Position numbers and translations under genes: made by a program
From: Octopus vulgaris
Lineage: Eukaryota
Reading direction: 5' to 3'
DNA length: 64,000 bases
NCBI GenBank assembly: GCA_951406725.2
Contig: OX597822.1
Location: 50,592,001-50,656,000 of the forward strand
Notes under the pieces: model-generated
The model's input: only the letters and a program-made list of their open reading frames with translations
The model's database searches: none
What the model was told of the DNA's origin: nothing
Part shown: positions 13,298 through 26,550 of the stretch, one piece after another
Numbering within the stretch: the stretch's first letter is position 1
Layout of the letters: each line of letters opens with the position of its first letter

Positions 13298-13680
13298 CGA
13301 GCAACCCACAAACGTCCAATGGACGTTGCCGAGTGGTCAAACATTTAAACCAAATTTTCTCAAAACAACTTGTCCGAACGTCCTATAGGCCTCCCCTTTG
13401 AGAAACACTGATTTAACCTAAATTTGAGACACCAGCAAAAGAAGAAATAAAGATAGACTTTTTTCTATTCCAAGAAAAACGATTTTACAAATGCACGTTC
13501 TCAGGGCTTTATCGATCGCATTCTCACCTGGAATTTATTTGTGTAATTTTGTCAAACCTTATACACGCCCTGATATCGTCAGTATCTACATATCAAATTT
13601 GAGCGCAATCGGATGGAGGATGCCCGAGATCCTTGAAGACAAACACACACAGAAAGACAGAACGGATTTTATATCATAGA
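13298..13680 (-). mobile_element. Non-autonomous Helitron
   Basis: Minus strand starts A|TCTATGATATAAAA and ends CTCG|T (CTRR variant); perfect hairpin AACGTCC-ATT-GGACGTT about 10 nt before the end; inserted between A and T with no TSD. Confidence 0.8.
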
Positions 13681-13809
13681 TTAGACAAATGCATGATTAA
13701 TCTACAATGCCAGTCACAAAGTAATTACATGCTAGAAATGTTGGTTTTATGCGATAACCAACTGTAAAATCAGAACAACCGTTTTATTTTAATATGAAAT
13801 TTATATTCA

Positions 13810-13970
13810 TACCCCAACGGCAGTTTGTTGAGATACCAGTCGACAGGTGGTAAATGATATACTTCTTCAGCGATGGAGTCTTCATAGTAAAGCAGCGAGT
13901 ATGATTCTATATATCACCTTCTATTTTGGGAGAAATTACTGAAGTAATATTTCCTTGAGTAAAACGTATC
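13810..13970 (-). mobile_element. Possible decayed RTE RT fragment
   Basis: FTQGNITSVISPKIEGDI*NH resembles FTYLGS.IS...IE.DI..R. Confidence 0.3.
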
Positions 13971-15049
13971 AATATGAGACTAGGTCGCACAACTCATTCA
14001 TTGTTATTGCAGATATTCTTAATGCGATGGAAGTTAATGGAATATCATACATTTTAAATATTCAACATAGTAGAAAATCAGAAATGTTACACAGGAAAAC
14101 AATTTTCATCATCAAATTATTTTGTGGTTATGAATGTGAATAGAGTTAGGAAAATATGGGAAATGCGTTAAAAGTATTTACTTGTCGATTTGCAGGAGAG
14201 TAGAATTTCAAATATTCTACGACACAGACCCTATGGATTCGAGTTTAAATGAGCAATCTATTTCAAAGCAAACCAGTATATTCAGTTATTCTTCCGAGTT
14301 TACAGTAAATGAAATTTCTTAAATAGAATTCAACCTCCATTAACGAACGTTGAAGAGCATAATAAATACAAGTAACATAAGTATAACTTCAATAACTCTC
14401 GATCCACTTATATAACACGTACACTCACCCAACTGCACGCACGCACACACACGTGCATATATGAAGGAAACTATAAGCTAGCTTTTAACATATTTTAGTC
14501 TATATGTAGAATTCTGCAGAATTACATTTCCGGACATTAATCTTTTGTAAGTGATGCATATCGATGACCGCTTTTTGTATTCCAGTATTAGTGACTATAA
14601 TCTAAAATATAATTGGGTATTCGATATGAAAATACACTACCAGCACAACATGTGTCATCAAACTCTTCAGTATAACGAAAATGATATCATGGCAAGAGTT
14701 AAGTTTATATGCAACATTTGCATGAGAAATTTATACACTTTGAAACTCATACTAGATTTACTAACGACACAGATATATTTACATAGCATATATCCATATA
14801 TATTTGCATAACATATATCCATAATACACAAGAAATCTATGTATTTGAACTTATAAAAAATAAAATGTCCATCGAACAATTTTGGCGCCAAAATCTTGTG
14901 AAATTGCACAAATGATACCACGCAAATACATTCTCATTGGTGTGCTTTGTATTTGTAGATAATATTGGTTGTCAAAGAAGAAATAGTTGTTTCCAGTACT
15001 AACCGTAATCCTTTAAGTGTAAATTTTTAAATAACTTCTTTAATCTAAT

Positions 15050-15520
15050 TCTCAGTTCTTTGTGCAAATTTGCTAACTAGTTTCATCAGAAGTTACATGG
15101 AATTCCCATACCATATTCCAGAAAGGATATATTAAACGACAGTCCTATTTAGCTTAGAAGTAATCAGTAAAATTCCATGCGTGTATAATAAACTCGGTCA
15201 CAAACGAGGATGAAGTTACAGCTACGCTCCAAGACAAATCAATTGAAAAGAAGAATTACATTAGAATGTGTGAGGATAAGTTGAAGAGACGTTATATAAC
15301 TCACCGCTCTTCTTTCCAGCATATCAATGAAAATAATGCAACTCAGGTGGCTAGCTTCGTATGGAATTTAAAGAGCAGCTTCACACCATATATAATTAGT
15401 AGGGAGAATAGTGGAGAAATTCAATCTGTATGTTAATGCATTTAAGAAATGCAACTTATGCGTAACAGAAAGGTCTCATATTCTTCTTAGGATCTAGCAA
15501 TTCTAAAATACTGTTTAATT
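15050..15520 (+). mobile_element. Penelope-like element GIY-YIG endonuclease remnant
   Basis: EVTATLQDKSIEKKNYIRMCEDKLKRRYITHRSSFQHINENNATQVASFVWNLK then, frameshifted, KCNLCVTERSHI matches the PLE pattern YIG.TE..FK.RY.NH.SSF.H...N.T.LS..IW.LK...KCNLCL.EK. Confidence 0.8.
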
Positions 15521-16959
15521 CGAGATCTGAAACTTTTAGCAGTTGTGGACACATGGTTGCTACTGTTGAATTGGCGGGCACCACCCGCTCCGGACTGAGT
15601 TGCTAGACAGCAGACTTTCACATATTTTTGTCATGTTGTTCTATACCAATTGTATTTAATGAGCTTTCTGCAATCGGAGAGGAGAGGGATCTTAGTTTTC
15701 TTTGTTCTCGTTCCAATATTTTCACCAACCTTAACATTTTTTCCATGTTTTTCTTATTTTTAGCGTCCTTTTCTTTTTTTTTTGTAATATATGCAACGCA
15801 TAAACAGGGCCTGAAAGATTAATTTCAGATACATGGCTTATTACATAAATATGCTTGCTTAAATATCATGATAGCATGAAACTAATAGTAGCTCTTTGGT
15901 TGTGTATTTAAAAGGATGTATATATATATATATATTATCGGATGAATTTATGTTCGTCGTTTAATTGGAATTTTTAAAAATCTTTTTTAAATGTCTCATG
16001 CATATGAAAGCTTGTATGAATATAATCAGTATCTGACTTAACTTATAAAACGAAGTTTAACAAATTTATTCATATTTATGAAATGAATGCGATTGGATGT
16101 TAAGCTGGACTATGGTTTTATTTTTCATATTCCTATTCAATTGTTTCATACAAATGGACCAAGATATTCATAAATATAACATCGCTGTTCCCTTCAGTAG
16201 ACACATTTTCCTTCTCCCACACTGTTCCTATCACTCGTTCTCTCTCTCTCTCTCTCTCTCTATCTTAATCTCTCTCTCTCACACAAACAGTTTCCGTATC
16301 CCTGTCTCCCCCCTTCCCTGATACTGGGGTTTAAAGTGTAATCAATTTTACCTAATCAGAAAACAGAATCCAGAAGCTGGCATTTTCTGTATGATAGCTG
16401 TCAATCACAAAATAAATGCAATATCCTTACATGGAAGTACATTATATGGAAGTACTTTTATTAAAGAAATGAAGGCAAAACATTACGACAACCAAAATTG
16501 TAGGAACTTCTGTCATTTTAATAAGTTTTAAGAAATAAAGTCATGTGGAACAGTCGAACAAACACGTAAACAATTTTAGGAGGATAAAATTCAAGAAACT
16601 TTTTCCAAAAAAATTGCACAAATCTATCCTGATCAAGAGGCCTATCTGTCGGAGAAGGCATGGTCTGACATGGAATAAACAAAAATTTATATAAAACATT
16701 CTATTCTAGAAATTACACGCCAACGACGGGCCCTTTATCTATGGAAGAAAATAAGAACTCTATAGTGATATCGTGTCAGTACGTTGGTAAAGTTTTAATA
16801 AATCTTAATACGGTGATTTGAAAACTTATATAAGAACCCTTTACCTGTCACTTGTTTGTTTAACATGTTAGACAAATTGTAAAAGTTTTGACAGGGTATA
16901 CGATAGTTAATTCACTAAAGTGTTAGGTAAAAATTAAAGAACAAAGTATTAAAATTTGC

Positions 16960-17305
16960 TGTTCTTTAAAAAAAACCATTCTCACTCTCCCGCTCTGCCC
17001 CTGTCTCTCGCTCTCTCACTCTCTGTCTCTCACATTCCTTGTCTCTGTGCATCTTCCTGTCTCCTCCTCTTCCCATCACATTTCCCTCAACCCAACACTT
17101 TTTGCACTCTTCTCATTTCATCATATAACAGCCCAAACCCTGCAGGGACCCCATTGTCGACTTTTATTGAAATCCAATTAGCCTATAATAGAACTGGATG
17201 TTAGCGTAATACGTATGCAAAATTTCATGAAGTTTGGTTTGCTGGTATAGGGGGCAAAATGGTAACACTCAGACAGACATAAATTGCCATTTATAAATGA
17301 TATAT
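16960..17305 (-). mobile_element. Possible second non-autonomous Helitron-like fragment
   Basis: AAATTTCATGAAG...CAGACAGACA...ATTTATAAATGATAT parallels the end architecture of 13590-13680; no 3' hairpin located. Confidence 0.35.
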
Positions 17306-18184
17306 ACATACAAACACTTGTCTGCATGCGTACACGCATATACGGATGTATATGTATTTGTATGTATGAATATATTTTTGTACACCTGTGTGTGTGTGGT
17401 ATATATATATATGAGAGACAGAGAGAGAGAGACTGTTTGAATGGGTGCACAGATTTTATATATTTAGGAAAAAGTAATCAGGATTTTGGATGAAACTATT
17501 TGTTTAACGCTTTCAACTCTATTGAGAGATTTACAGAAGATTAATGCTTCCATATATATGTGAGTTAGTTCACAATGTATGGAATTGAATTGGGAAGAGG
17601 ATGTCCTTCGTTATTTTGATTATATCCATATGTGTGTGTGTTTTTGTGCATATGTGTGTGTATATATATAAATGTGTGTGTGCATGAGTGTGCAAGTGTG
17701 TATGTTTGGGGTATTTTCAGGCTAGGTAAGTGAAAGAAATAAAGAAAAAGAGAGTGCAGGAAAGAATGAATGAACTATATTTCTGAGATGGCTGGAAATG
17801 CATTGTAGTTTTGTCAGTTGCTATGTTACCTAGCTGTAGAAAGGGTCTTCTGGGATGCCTGAAATTAATGACATTTCAAAAAGTCAGTTTTCTTTTACTC
17901 ATTGTATTTTTGGTTAGTTGCCATGTTTTCAAGGTGTTTAAAACAGAATCTATCCAATTATTTTGGAAGGATTTTAAATGCCTCTGTGTTTAAGCGTTTG
18001 TGTGTTAGGGTGAGTGTTTTTCTCTTAAGTTAATGTTTTCCAGTTATTTTAGAATCAGTAATAAGAACATTATTAATGATTATGATAACCCGAGTTCATC
18101 TGATTTCGTTGATCTTGGACGTTGATGTTCTTAAAAAAGGATCGCATGTGCTTATGAATATATTTTTACTGTTTTGTAAGTTTA

Positions 18185-18430
18185 GTTTAGTTAAAACTTT
18201 TCGATAAAATGTAATTCCAATGCCATCCGGTACTTTGGATAATGCCTTGCCATTGTGTATTCGTAGTAATGGAAGAAATTAAATCTGTTGTTTCCACATA
18301 TTTCCAGATACTTACTCAGGGGAATCATGCTTATTTTTTCTGTATTGCGTCGTCCGTGGATTCTTGAACGTTGGCAAAGGTTATTAATGGTTTTCTCTAT
18401 ATAATTTTCGTCGTAATTGGGAAAATATAA
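18185..18430 (-). mobile_element. Penelope-like GIY-YIG remnant
   Basis: Minus strand DENYIEKTINNLCQRSRIH...IPLSKYLEICGNNRFNFF...RMALELHFIEKF*..LN fits YIGET...L..R..H...S.H...C...R..E..FI.KF.P.LN. Confidence 0.65.
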
Positions 18431-18627
18431 TGCAACAAGCGGGCAGAATCATTAGCGCGCATAAAAAAATAATTAACGGCATATCATCCGTCTTTACGTT
18501 CAGAGTTCATATTGTAGTGTTGTCGAGTTTGTCATCCATCGTTTCCGGGTCGGGAAAATGAGATCAGTTGAATACCTGGACCGTTGTAATCGAATCATTC
18601 CTTTCTCCAAATCGGTGGTCTTTTACC
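18431..18627 (+). mobile_element. tRNA-type SINE, diverged (family of 57272-57667)
   Basis: GGCAGAATCATTAGCGCGC...CGTCTTTACGTTCAGAGTTCA...CATCC; homologous to the other copies in the window. Confidence 0.7.
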
Positions 18628-18658
<31 letters not shown>

Positions 18659-18841
18659 CTTCTTCTTCTTCTTCTTCTTTTTCTTCTTTTTCTTCTTCTT
18701 CTTCTTCTTCTTCTTCTTCTTCTTCTTCTTCTTCTTCTTCTTCTTTTTTCTTCTTCTTCTTCTTCTTTTTTCTTCTTTTTCTTCTTCTTCTTCTTCTTCT
18801 TTTTCTTCTTCTTCTTCTTCTCTTCTTCTTCTTCTTCTTCT
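18628..18841. repeat. (TCT)n microsatellite
   Basis: Directly visible. Confidence 0.97.
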
Positions 18842-19559
18842 TGTTACATACTTTTAATCTGCATGTTTTTTAAAATCATCACTTGCTGAAACACACCCAA
18901 CTTCCTAGCACGAGCAGAGGATAAGAGATATTACAGTATTACTGAAATCTTAGGGAGGGAATGTGGCCGGGGCGGTAGTGAAATGTCTTCAATTAATATT
19001 ATATATTAAGGAAATTTGAAATGTTCGTATTAAATGATTTCAAAATATTTGGCTTAACTTCATCATCACAAATTGTACGACAAAATACCAGTAAAGGTAA
19101 TCGGTCTAGACTCCACTCACTGAGATACCTAACAGGGATGATACGTAGTTTGTTATATTTGAACCGAGCCTCATGTTCTGTTACCGTGAACCGATGCATA
19201 GTGTAACACGAATTATCTCTCAGCATGTCTGACTGTCTGTCTGTATATCTCTGCCTACGTGTTTCCCTCTCTCTCTCGCTCTCTCTATCTCTCGCTCTCT
19301 CTCTCTCTCTCTAAACACGTACCCACATACATATATGTATGTATTTGTGTATATGTTCATATATGTACCTACATATACGTGTTTCGCTAATATATCTGGA
19401 ATATTCAGATAACCTACACACCTTTCACTAACTTTCACATAAACATTTTCTACATAAATCGTATTTCTGCGTGGAACTTTCCTTTCCTATCTGAATTGAA
19501 CAATTATCCACCATCATATTTTCTCTGTTTATTTCCTACTTTAAAATCATGCCATTGGG

Positions 19560-20080
19560 TAAATGTTCCCAAGAATTCTGAGAATCGAAAAATGTATGAT
19601 ACCTATATGACATATTTAACAACAAAAGGGATTCCAAATGTCATTGTTGTTCAGTAATTTTCCAATTGTCGTCACTATTTCGGAAATTTCACCTGAAAAT
19701 TCTTTTAAGTAATATATTACTGCAATGCTGATGGAGTGAATTATTTAATGGCTATGCGTGACCTTGGTTTTATTGATAAATTTTAACATGAACAAAGAAT
19801 GCATTTTCTAAGCATGTTAATGTGAAGGAAATATCTATTTCTCAGATTGATGAAGAGGAAGGAAAATAAGGGAATTCCAATATTAGTGAACAGAGAACAA
19901 ATATATATGAGCTACTAACATTATACAGACATATGCGTAAAGATATCAGCGAACCTGAACCACAAAAATTATTTGTATACACAAGTAGTTCTCCGAAGGA
20001 AGGATGCAGAACCATTCGCTTCAGTAATGAATATGATATATAAATAGCTTTAAAAGTCTCAAGAATATTTCTCATTATAT
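19560..20080 (+). mobile_element. Possible Merlin (IS1595-like) transposase remnant
   Basis: QIDE at about 19843 and LYTQVVLRRKDAEPFASVM at about 19973 resemble the Merlin VQIDES and V..R.A.TL..II motifs; heavily broken. Confidence 0.35.
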
Positions 20081-20921
20081 CCAGTAACTTCTAGTTTCAC
20101 GAACAAGAATGAAATTTTTCCGTTAAAATCCCATTTACATCGACAAGTTATAGGAGTTAGTGATATATATATTCTACAAACAATATACAAAACCCCATTT
20201 GTAATGATACACACACACACCATTATTTCAAATAATTTCTATGTATGTATGTACATATGTGTGTATTTCACAGTCTGTTTTAGTCTTTTCTCTCCCTGCG
20301 TATACTCTTTGTTTACAATGTTGATAATTTTTTATAATGATCAATCCTGACGTTTCGCAAGATAGAAGGTAATAAGACACTATTTATGGTATATGATTTT
20401 TGTCCTAATCTAAGTAGCAGACAATTTGTAATCTAATAATAATAGAAAAAAAAACATTGTCAAGATATACACAGCATCAATTTGAAAGAAAACGTATGAT
20501 GATTGCCACACTAATTCTATTTGTTTGTAAACAAAAACGCTTGTCAAAATCTATCGCGATGAATTTCTGTTACAAATAAAGCCACACAGATATTTCTTTC
20601 AAGAAAATACAGGTTTATAGAAATACGAAATTCTTTATATTTTGGCATTTCTATATACCATTTTATATATTTTGATGCTTATGTTAGCCAGTATTTTGTA
20701 AGAGGTGGCTGTGGTATGGAATGAAAACGCAACGCAACACAATACAAATATAAACACTTTTGCTTCTCGAAAAGGAGCTTTGAGTGTATATTATCGTTCT
20801 GATTGCAGTTTCGTTCCATTATGAATATGGGCTGTGTTTTGTAGGAATAAGTACTTCTAAGACGAATAGGAAATCCGTCTCAATTAGCATTGCTTGAATA
20901 TATACATACATACATACATAC

Positions 20922-20946
<25 letters not shown>

Positions 20947-20952
<6 letters not shown>

Positions 20953-21050
20953 TGTGTAACATACTCATCTGTAAAATATCCACTTTTTTCATATTTTTAT
21001 TTTCCTAAAATTTTCGTTGCGTTTTGCAACCTTTTCAATAGTTTTGATTC
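20947..21050 (-). mobile_element. Short repeat (Penelope pseudo-LTR-like) carrying a hammerhead motif
   Basis: A partial inverted copy lies at 21725-21792; hammerhead at 21005-21041. Confidence 0.6.
21005..21041 (-). ncRNA. Minimal hammerhead ribozyme candidate, U3-A8 variant
   Basis: CUA UUGAAAAG GUUGC AAAAC GCAAC GAAA AUUU UAG: 3-bp stem I, 5-bp stem II, palindromic stem III remnant. Confidence 0.5.
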
Positions 21051-21069
21051 TGTCCGTTATTTACACTGA

Positions 21070-21510
21070 ATTTTTTGTTTGTTTGTGCGCATGTGTGTGG
21101 GTCAGTGTGTGTGTGTGGGGGGGACCTATATATGCATGCATGTACGTATGTATGCATGTGTGTCTTTGCATGTGTATGTATGTATATATGTGGGTGTATG
21201 CATGTGTATATATGTATATATGTGGGTGTATGCATATGTATATACCTATGTATGTGTGTGCATATGTATGTACGTATCCTGCATATTTATGTGCTTGCAT
21301 GTCTGTTGTTTGTGTATTTTCTATGTATATGTGTGTGAGCATATGTTTGTATATGTATGCATCCCTGTCTCCTTGTGTCTGCATGTCTGTGTGTGTTATG
21401 CACCTATGTACCATGTTTGTATGCATGGATCTGCATCTTTATATGTATGGATCCGTGTCTCCATAAGTGTCTGTTCTTATAGCCTATGTACCTATCCGTC
21501 TGTATGTTGA
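21070..21510. repeat. Degenerate TG/TA low-complexity tract
   Basis: Directly visible; source of several Cys/Val/Met-rich ORFs. Confidence 0.9.
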
Positions 21511-21902
21511 TCTGTTTATTTTCATGCTTACATACATAAAAAAGAGGGGGCACACACACACTCACAAGTACACACACACACATACATTTATCTACCTAAC
21601 AGTCCACTAACTATTCTACTCTACCTGCGTAAACTGTTGGTATGGACCTATGGTATTTACTATGTATATTTCCTATTTAGTATTGGGCAGGTTTCATTTA
21701 TAAGGACGTACTCTCGTATTTGTCTGCGAGACGCACCGAAAATTTTAGGAAAATATGAATAAGAAAAAAGTGGATATTTTACCGGTGAGTGTGTTATATT
21801 ATAAGGCACAGAAAGAAAATGACTCTCCCCGGACACAACAGAATATGCTTCAAAACACGAACTCATGTAAAAATCTTGCAAACCAAAAACAAAAACGATA
21901 TA

Positions 21903-21970
<68 letters not shown>

Positions 21971-24080
21971 TGTTTGTAACTCTTCCAGTGTCTGTGATTC
22001 TTTGTAGTACATGATTATAAATTTAATAAAATTTATCAATTAGAATTTGTTCATTTGATTTTATATATATGTTCATGTTGTAACATCTGTTTGCTACATA
22101 ATTGCCGTAGAGGGTGTCTTTATTTTCAAGTCAGTAGCCATGTCAATATTTTATAATTGGCAATTAGATGTAATAAATTTTGTTTACACGTATTCTTCTA
22201 TTGTTACATTCAATATTGTTGGGCATCTCTTGTCTCTCACAGGTATCGCGCTTGCGATATCTTTTTAATGTGTAAATATTTGGATTATCAATTTTAGTTA
22301 CGTATTAAAATAGTTTATTAAAAAACGATTATTATTCGCTGTTGCAAAAAAGTCAGTATTAAATCCCTATGTATTTACGACTGGCGCTCACAGTCTCTTG
22401 TAACCAGGTGTTTTACTGTCTTTAACAATGCACTAAACTAGTTAGTGATGCATAGACATATGGCTCGTGGAAGTTATTATTTTGAATTGCACGCAAGCTG
22501 AAAAAAAAGGAGTATAATTCAGTGTAATTATGAAATAAATATATACGTATATATAATTTTCCAGTGTACCTGATTGGTTAAATGTTGAAAATATCAACAC
22601 GATACAAGTTTGTGAAGTTGGAACACATTTAGTATGCATAAAAAAAATATTTCGGAGTGCTTACAGCTTATACATGTACTGATCTTTTTTGAAATCTGTT
22701 TATATATTGAACTTTTTCGCTTGTATTTGCTTTTGTTGTTGCAATTGCTAATATTTCTGCTACAGGTAAATGTGTTTTCTTTCCCTTTGTGTTATAACAA
22801 ATTCACTAGGAGAAGACTCTTCAGGCGAGGTTCCTGCTGAACGTTGAACCATTGCATTCTGCGTCAACAGGCCTGGATTATTGTCTACAATTGTGCCATA
22901 AAAGTTAAGGAGGGTTATGAAAGATGTATTGAGTTACCATAAAGGGCATCATCAGTCAGTGAGAGTGGCTGGTGTCTATAAATGTAAGCTGAAACCTTCC
23001 CGCCAATTACTCTGGCCGAACTTTCTAGAAATCTTGTGGTGATTATTACATCAAAATGTTGGGATTTTGAATAACCATATAAAACGACCTCCAGTGTAAT
23101 GCAGAGCTAAGCAACTCAATTCCGACCTCTTCTGCCTAGAAAGTCTTGAGGGGCTATTCGTAGCTATTTCATGCAGATTTTTGATAAAGTGCCTGTAATT
23201 CTTTCTATTGTTCTCTGCATTGATGAAATGTCTTCATATCAGTATTTAAAATATTAGGTTGTGAAAACTTGCACGCATTCCATTCAACATCTCTTGAATG
23301 TTCTATTTATTCAACTGCTGTGTATATGTAAATGCAAACATCCCAGATTTATTTAAAACTATGGAAATTGATATTGTAGGGTCAATTTGAACACTAAGTA
23401 CAACCCACTAAATATGGTTATTCTTCAATGATTATTTAACAACCAGAACCCCCACTCTAAAGAATGGTACATGTCGTAGTGTGTGTGTGTGCATGCGCGT
23501 GTGTGTGTGTGTGTGGTGAATTTCTGTTTCAAATTTCTTTAGGCATGTTTTTCATTTTCCATGTCACCTGTAGCGATAATATAGCTATGTAATCTGGAAT
23601 ATTCTGGTGTATCGATGTTATATTTAACTGGTTTCCTACTCTCTGTACCCTTATGCCGATATAATAGATCGATATTTACTCAAAGCAATTTATTTTTGGT
23701 AAATAACGTCTGCTGTTATTGATTGGCAAACTTTTTTCTGCTGATGTAATTAATGTTTACAATAATGGGAAAACATACAGCTCTGTGTATAATTTATTTT
23801 TATCGTTTCATATCTTTCATATATTGGTTATTCTCTATAATTTTAAAAATAAATTTAACAAATATTTTCAATATTTAGAAAATACGTTGAGATATGTGCG
23901 ATTTATAGGTACGCTTCTTGTATATCGTATTATATATAGTTAGATTTTTCAACAAAAAAAGTCAATATTGTTGTATTTCGGGACGGTTATTATAATTTTG
24001 TTTTGGCTAAATAAACACATGCATTATATATATACGTTCTTCACTCGTTTATTACTGTTCTAATTCTAACTCATGTCCAT

Positions 24081-25560
24081 TGTCCGGAAATATTTTGCCA
24101 CATATCTGTGACTTCTTCAGTGACATCTTCCGCCTTCGTGTGTGCTCTTCATCTACGTATTTCATTCTCTTCTTCTATGATGTATATTCGCATGCGTTTG
24201 CGTCAATGTTTGTGACAGTGTGTGCATCTGTATGTGTGTGTTTCATTGTTCTTAGTATCACTATGACCTTTTCCTCCCCCGTTATAGTTGATGCTGTTTT
24301 AGGACCCGAATTTCGCGACAGTTCTTGTATCTCTCTGTGTTAGTGTGTTCGGTCACCTTGCAGCCATTGTGATAGTTGTTATTGCCCGTGTGCCATTGTT
24401 GTCACCGCGCAGCTACCGCTGTCGTTGTGTGTCGTGTTGTTGATACTGTTGCGGCCATCTGTGAAGTTACTGTTTGTTTGTATGTGTATATGGTTTCACT
24501 TCCTATATCGTTGGTATCCGCGCTCTTTATATAGATTTATTTATTTTTATCTATCTCTATTTCTTATATATGTCATAGGTATGTGATAAGTATATTACAT
24601 TATTATATTTTCGCTTTCATTTATCGATTCTTATTTCTTATATGTATCACAGGTACATGCACATATGTCTATTGTGTGTGTATTACCCTGCTTGTATCTG
24701 TATTTTATTTTTTCTCTCGGTCTCTTTTCCTTTCTGTCTTTAGTCATCATGTTGTGTGGTGTGGTGGCGGGTATTATTGTTCCATTCCTGTTTTCTATTG
24801 AGGTTCGGTGTGTCTATTACTATGTATGTAGCTTCTGTGATCTAAGTGTGGTGTCATTTCTATGCGTTGATATTACTTTAAGCTTTATGCTATTAATCGA
24901 GTCTCAATGTTTCTTGAGCATGTTGGTAGAGCACTGACTAACCTTTCTCTTATTTGAGTGTTCGCCAGTATTCACCTGTACGCTTTCCTATATCTAACGT
25001 GAAGCCTCTCCATATAAGCAGTTGCCATGTTTCTGTACCATCTCTCAGTACACCATAAGCCATACACTATATTCTAACCTTACAGTTAACTCTTGAGTTC
25101 ATCCTACATACACTACAATTGTTCTCCGTACATGGGAACTTATCAAAGGGATTAGGTCTACGAGTCAAGAATTTTATAGAGGAACCAGGCCTTTCTACTA
25201 CTTTAGTCTATAGATTAGCCTTACTTAATGATTTTCTAAAAACGTACTCTAGGGGTAGCACAAACGTCATGCCATGAGTTGGCTTTATCTATATTATTTC
25301 TGATCCCTTCTCTGCTGTACTAGGATTCACCTCTGTGCAGCGGGCAGATCCCCTTAGCATCACTCTCTATGACGGCGTTGTACTTAATCCTGGCTTCTTT
25401 GTACACTCTAATCCCCTTCCTTTGATTGTAGCCACAGACCTGCATGTGATCGATGAAGTGTTGTATGTGCCTTTCCAATTCCATACAGTCGCACATGCGG
25501 GACGCAATTCTCATCACTGTCACGAAGTCAATATGGCTTTTTTTATATATTTCAGTATGC
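24081..25560 (-). mobile_element. Penelope-like element 3' part: post-RT region, GIY-YIG domain and degenerate hammerhead
   Basis: Minus strand MRIASRMCD...FIDHMQVCGY...DAKGICPLHR; KVVERPGSSIKFLTRRPNPFDKFPCTENNCSVC...NCK; IVYGLWC..Y.GEASR..GKRTGEY...SVLYQH; hammerhead-like CTGAAGAA GTCAC AGATAT GTGGC AAAA at 24081-24125. Confidence 0.8.
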
Positions 25561-25855
25561 TGTTTTTGCAGTTAACCCCTTATAAAATATACCGAAAATT
25601 AAAATAGCTTTAGTAGTGAATATCTGTAATTAATACCTTGCAATGACCCATGATAGAATGTGCGATTTGAACTGTATGTGCACAGTTACAAAATGTATAT
25701 CGTTGCAAGTTCTTGCATTTTGGCTAATCCATCGCCCTTAATTTCTGCTTTATTTACCTAACTGAAAGAATGAAGTGGAAAGATGTTTTGGCAGAGAAGT
25801 GCAGCAGATATCAGATTGGAAAGATGGTAGGTCAAAATTTTAGCAATTCATTTAC

Positions 25856-26164
25856 CTAGCGCCCAAACGAACCTGCCTATGCATCTAGGTATATATCTCT
25901 TATCCTTTATCAGCTACAAAATCAAGTATGATTCTACATCGCAACTCACAATGTTCTTCCATCTCGTACTCATACGTTTTGGCATGTTGGCCCAAATAAT
26001 TTTGCTACGCCTTCTTCCAATGCCTTGGGAGGTTTTGCAGTCCCTTGGACCACACTCGACAAATGTATTGATCAAATTTTCTCCAGCCGAGCAGAACTTC
26101 AGCTTCCGTAATTGTGCGATCATTTATCATTCTTCATTCTCGAATTACCTTAATTTCGATATAC
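25856..26164 (-). other. Exon-like block, copy 1 (309 nt), no intact frame
   Basis: Flanked by TTTTGTGCTTGCAG| and AG|GTAAAT; highly similar to 29725-30060. Confidence 0.5.
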
Positions 26165-26198
26165 CTGCAAGCACAAAATATATTCAATGGAATTAACA

Positions 26199-26550
26199 TA
26201 CAAAGGTCGGCTGAAATGTTTATGGGCTGACCAAAATACTATCATGGAATGTTACGCTATGAGGTCCACAAGCTTCTTCTATTAGTATTGCAGCGCTTTC
26301 ATCCTATTGGTAAACAAATAGTCAACAGGAGATATGACGTCATCATCACTGTGATACTATTTTCCAGCCAAGTGCTTTTCATGTTTGAGAAAGAATGATA
26401 GGAAAATGGGGGAAAATCAGGAGAATAGGGTCGGTAATGAACCAGTTCAAAGCCTCAGTCAGACACATCAGCCATTAAACCCAACAATTTATTTACTAGA
26501 TCATTGTTCTGATGAAAGAAGGCCCTTTACGTCACTTTTCTTGGGCGTTT
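26199..26550 (-). mobile_element. Mariner 3' end, decayed
   Basis: TIR TA-CAAAGGTCGGCTGAAATGTT; minus strand FFHQNN...GFELVHYRPYSPDFPPFSYHSFSNMKS (HDNA and YSPDLAP.DY motifs). Confidence 0.8.

Noticed and set aside
25879-26196. 105-aa plus-strand ORF over the duplicated block
   Set aside because: Interrupted by TAG in the paralog, and the splice signals point to the minus strand.
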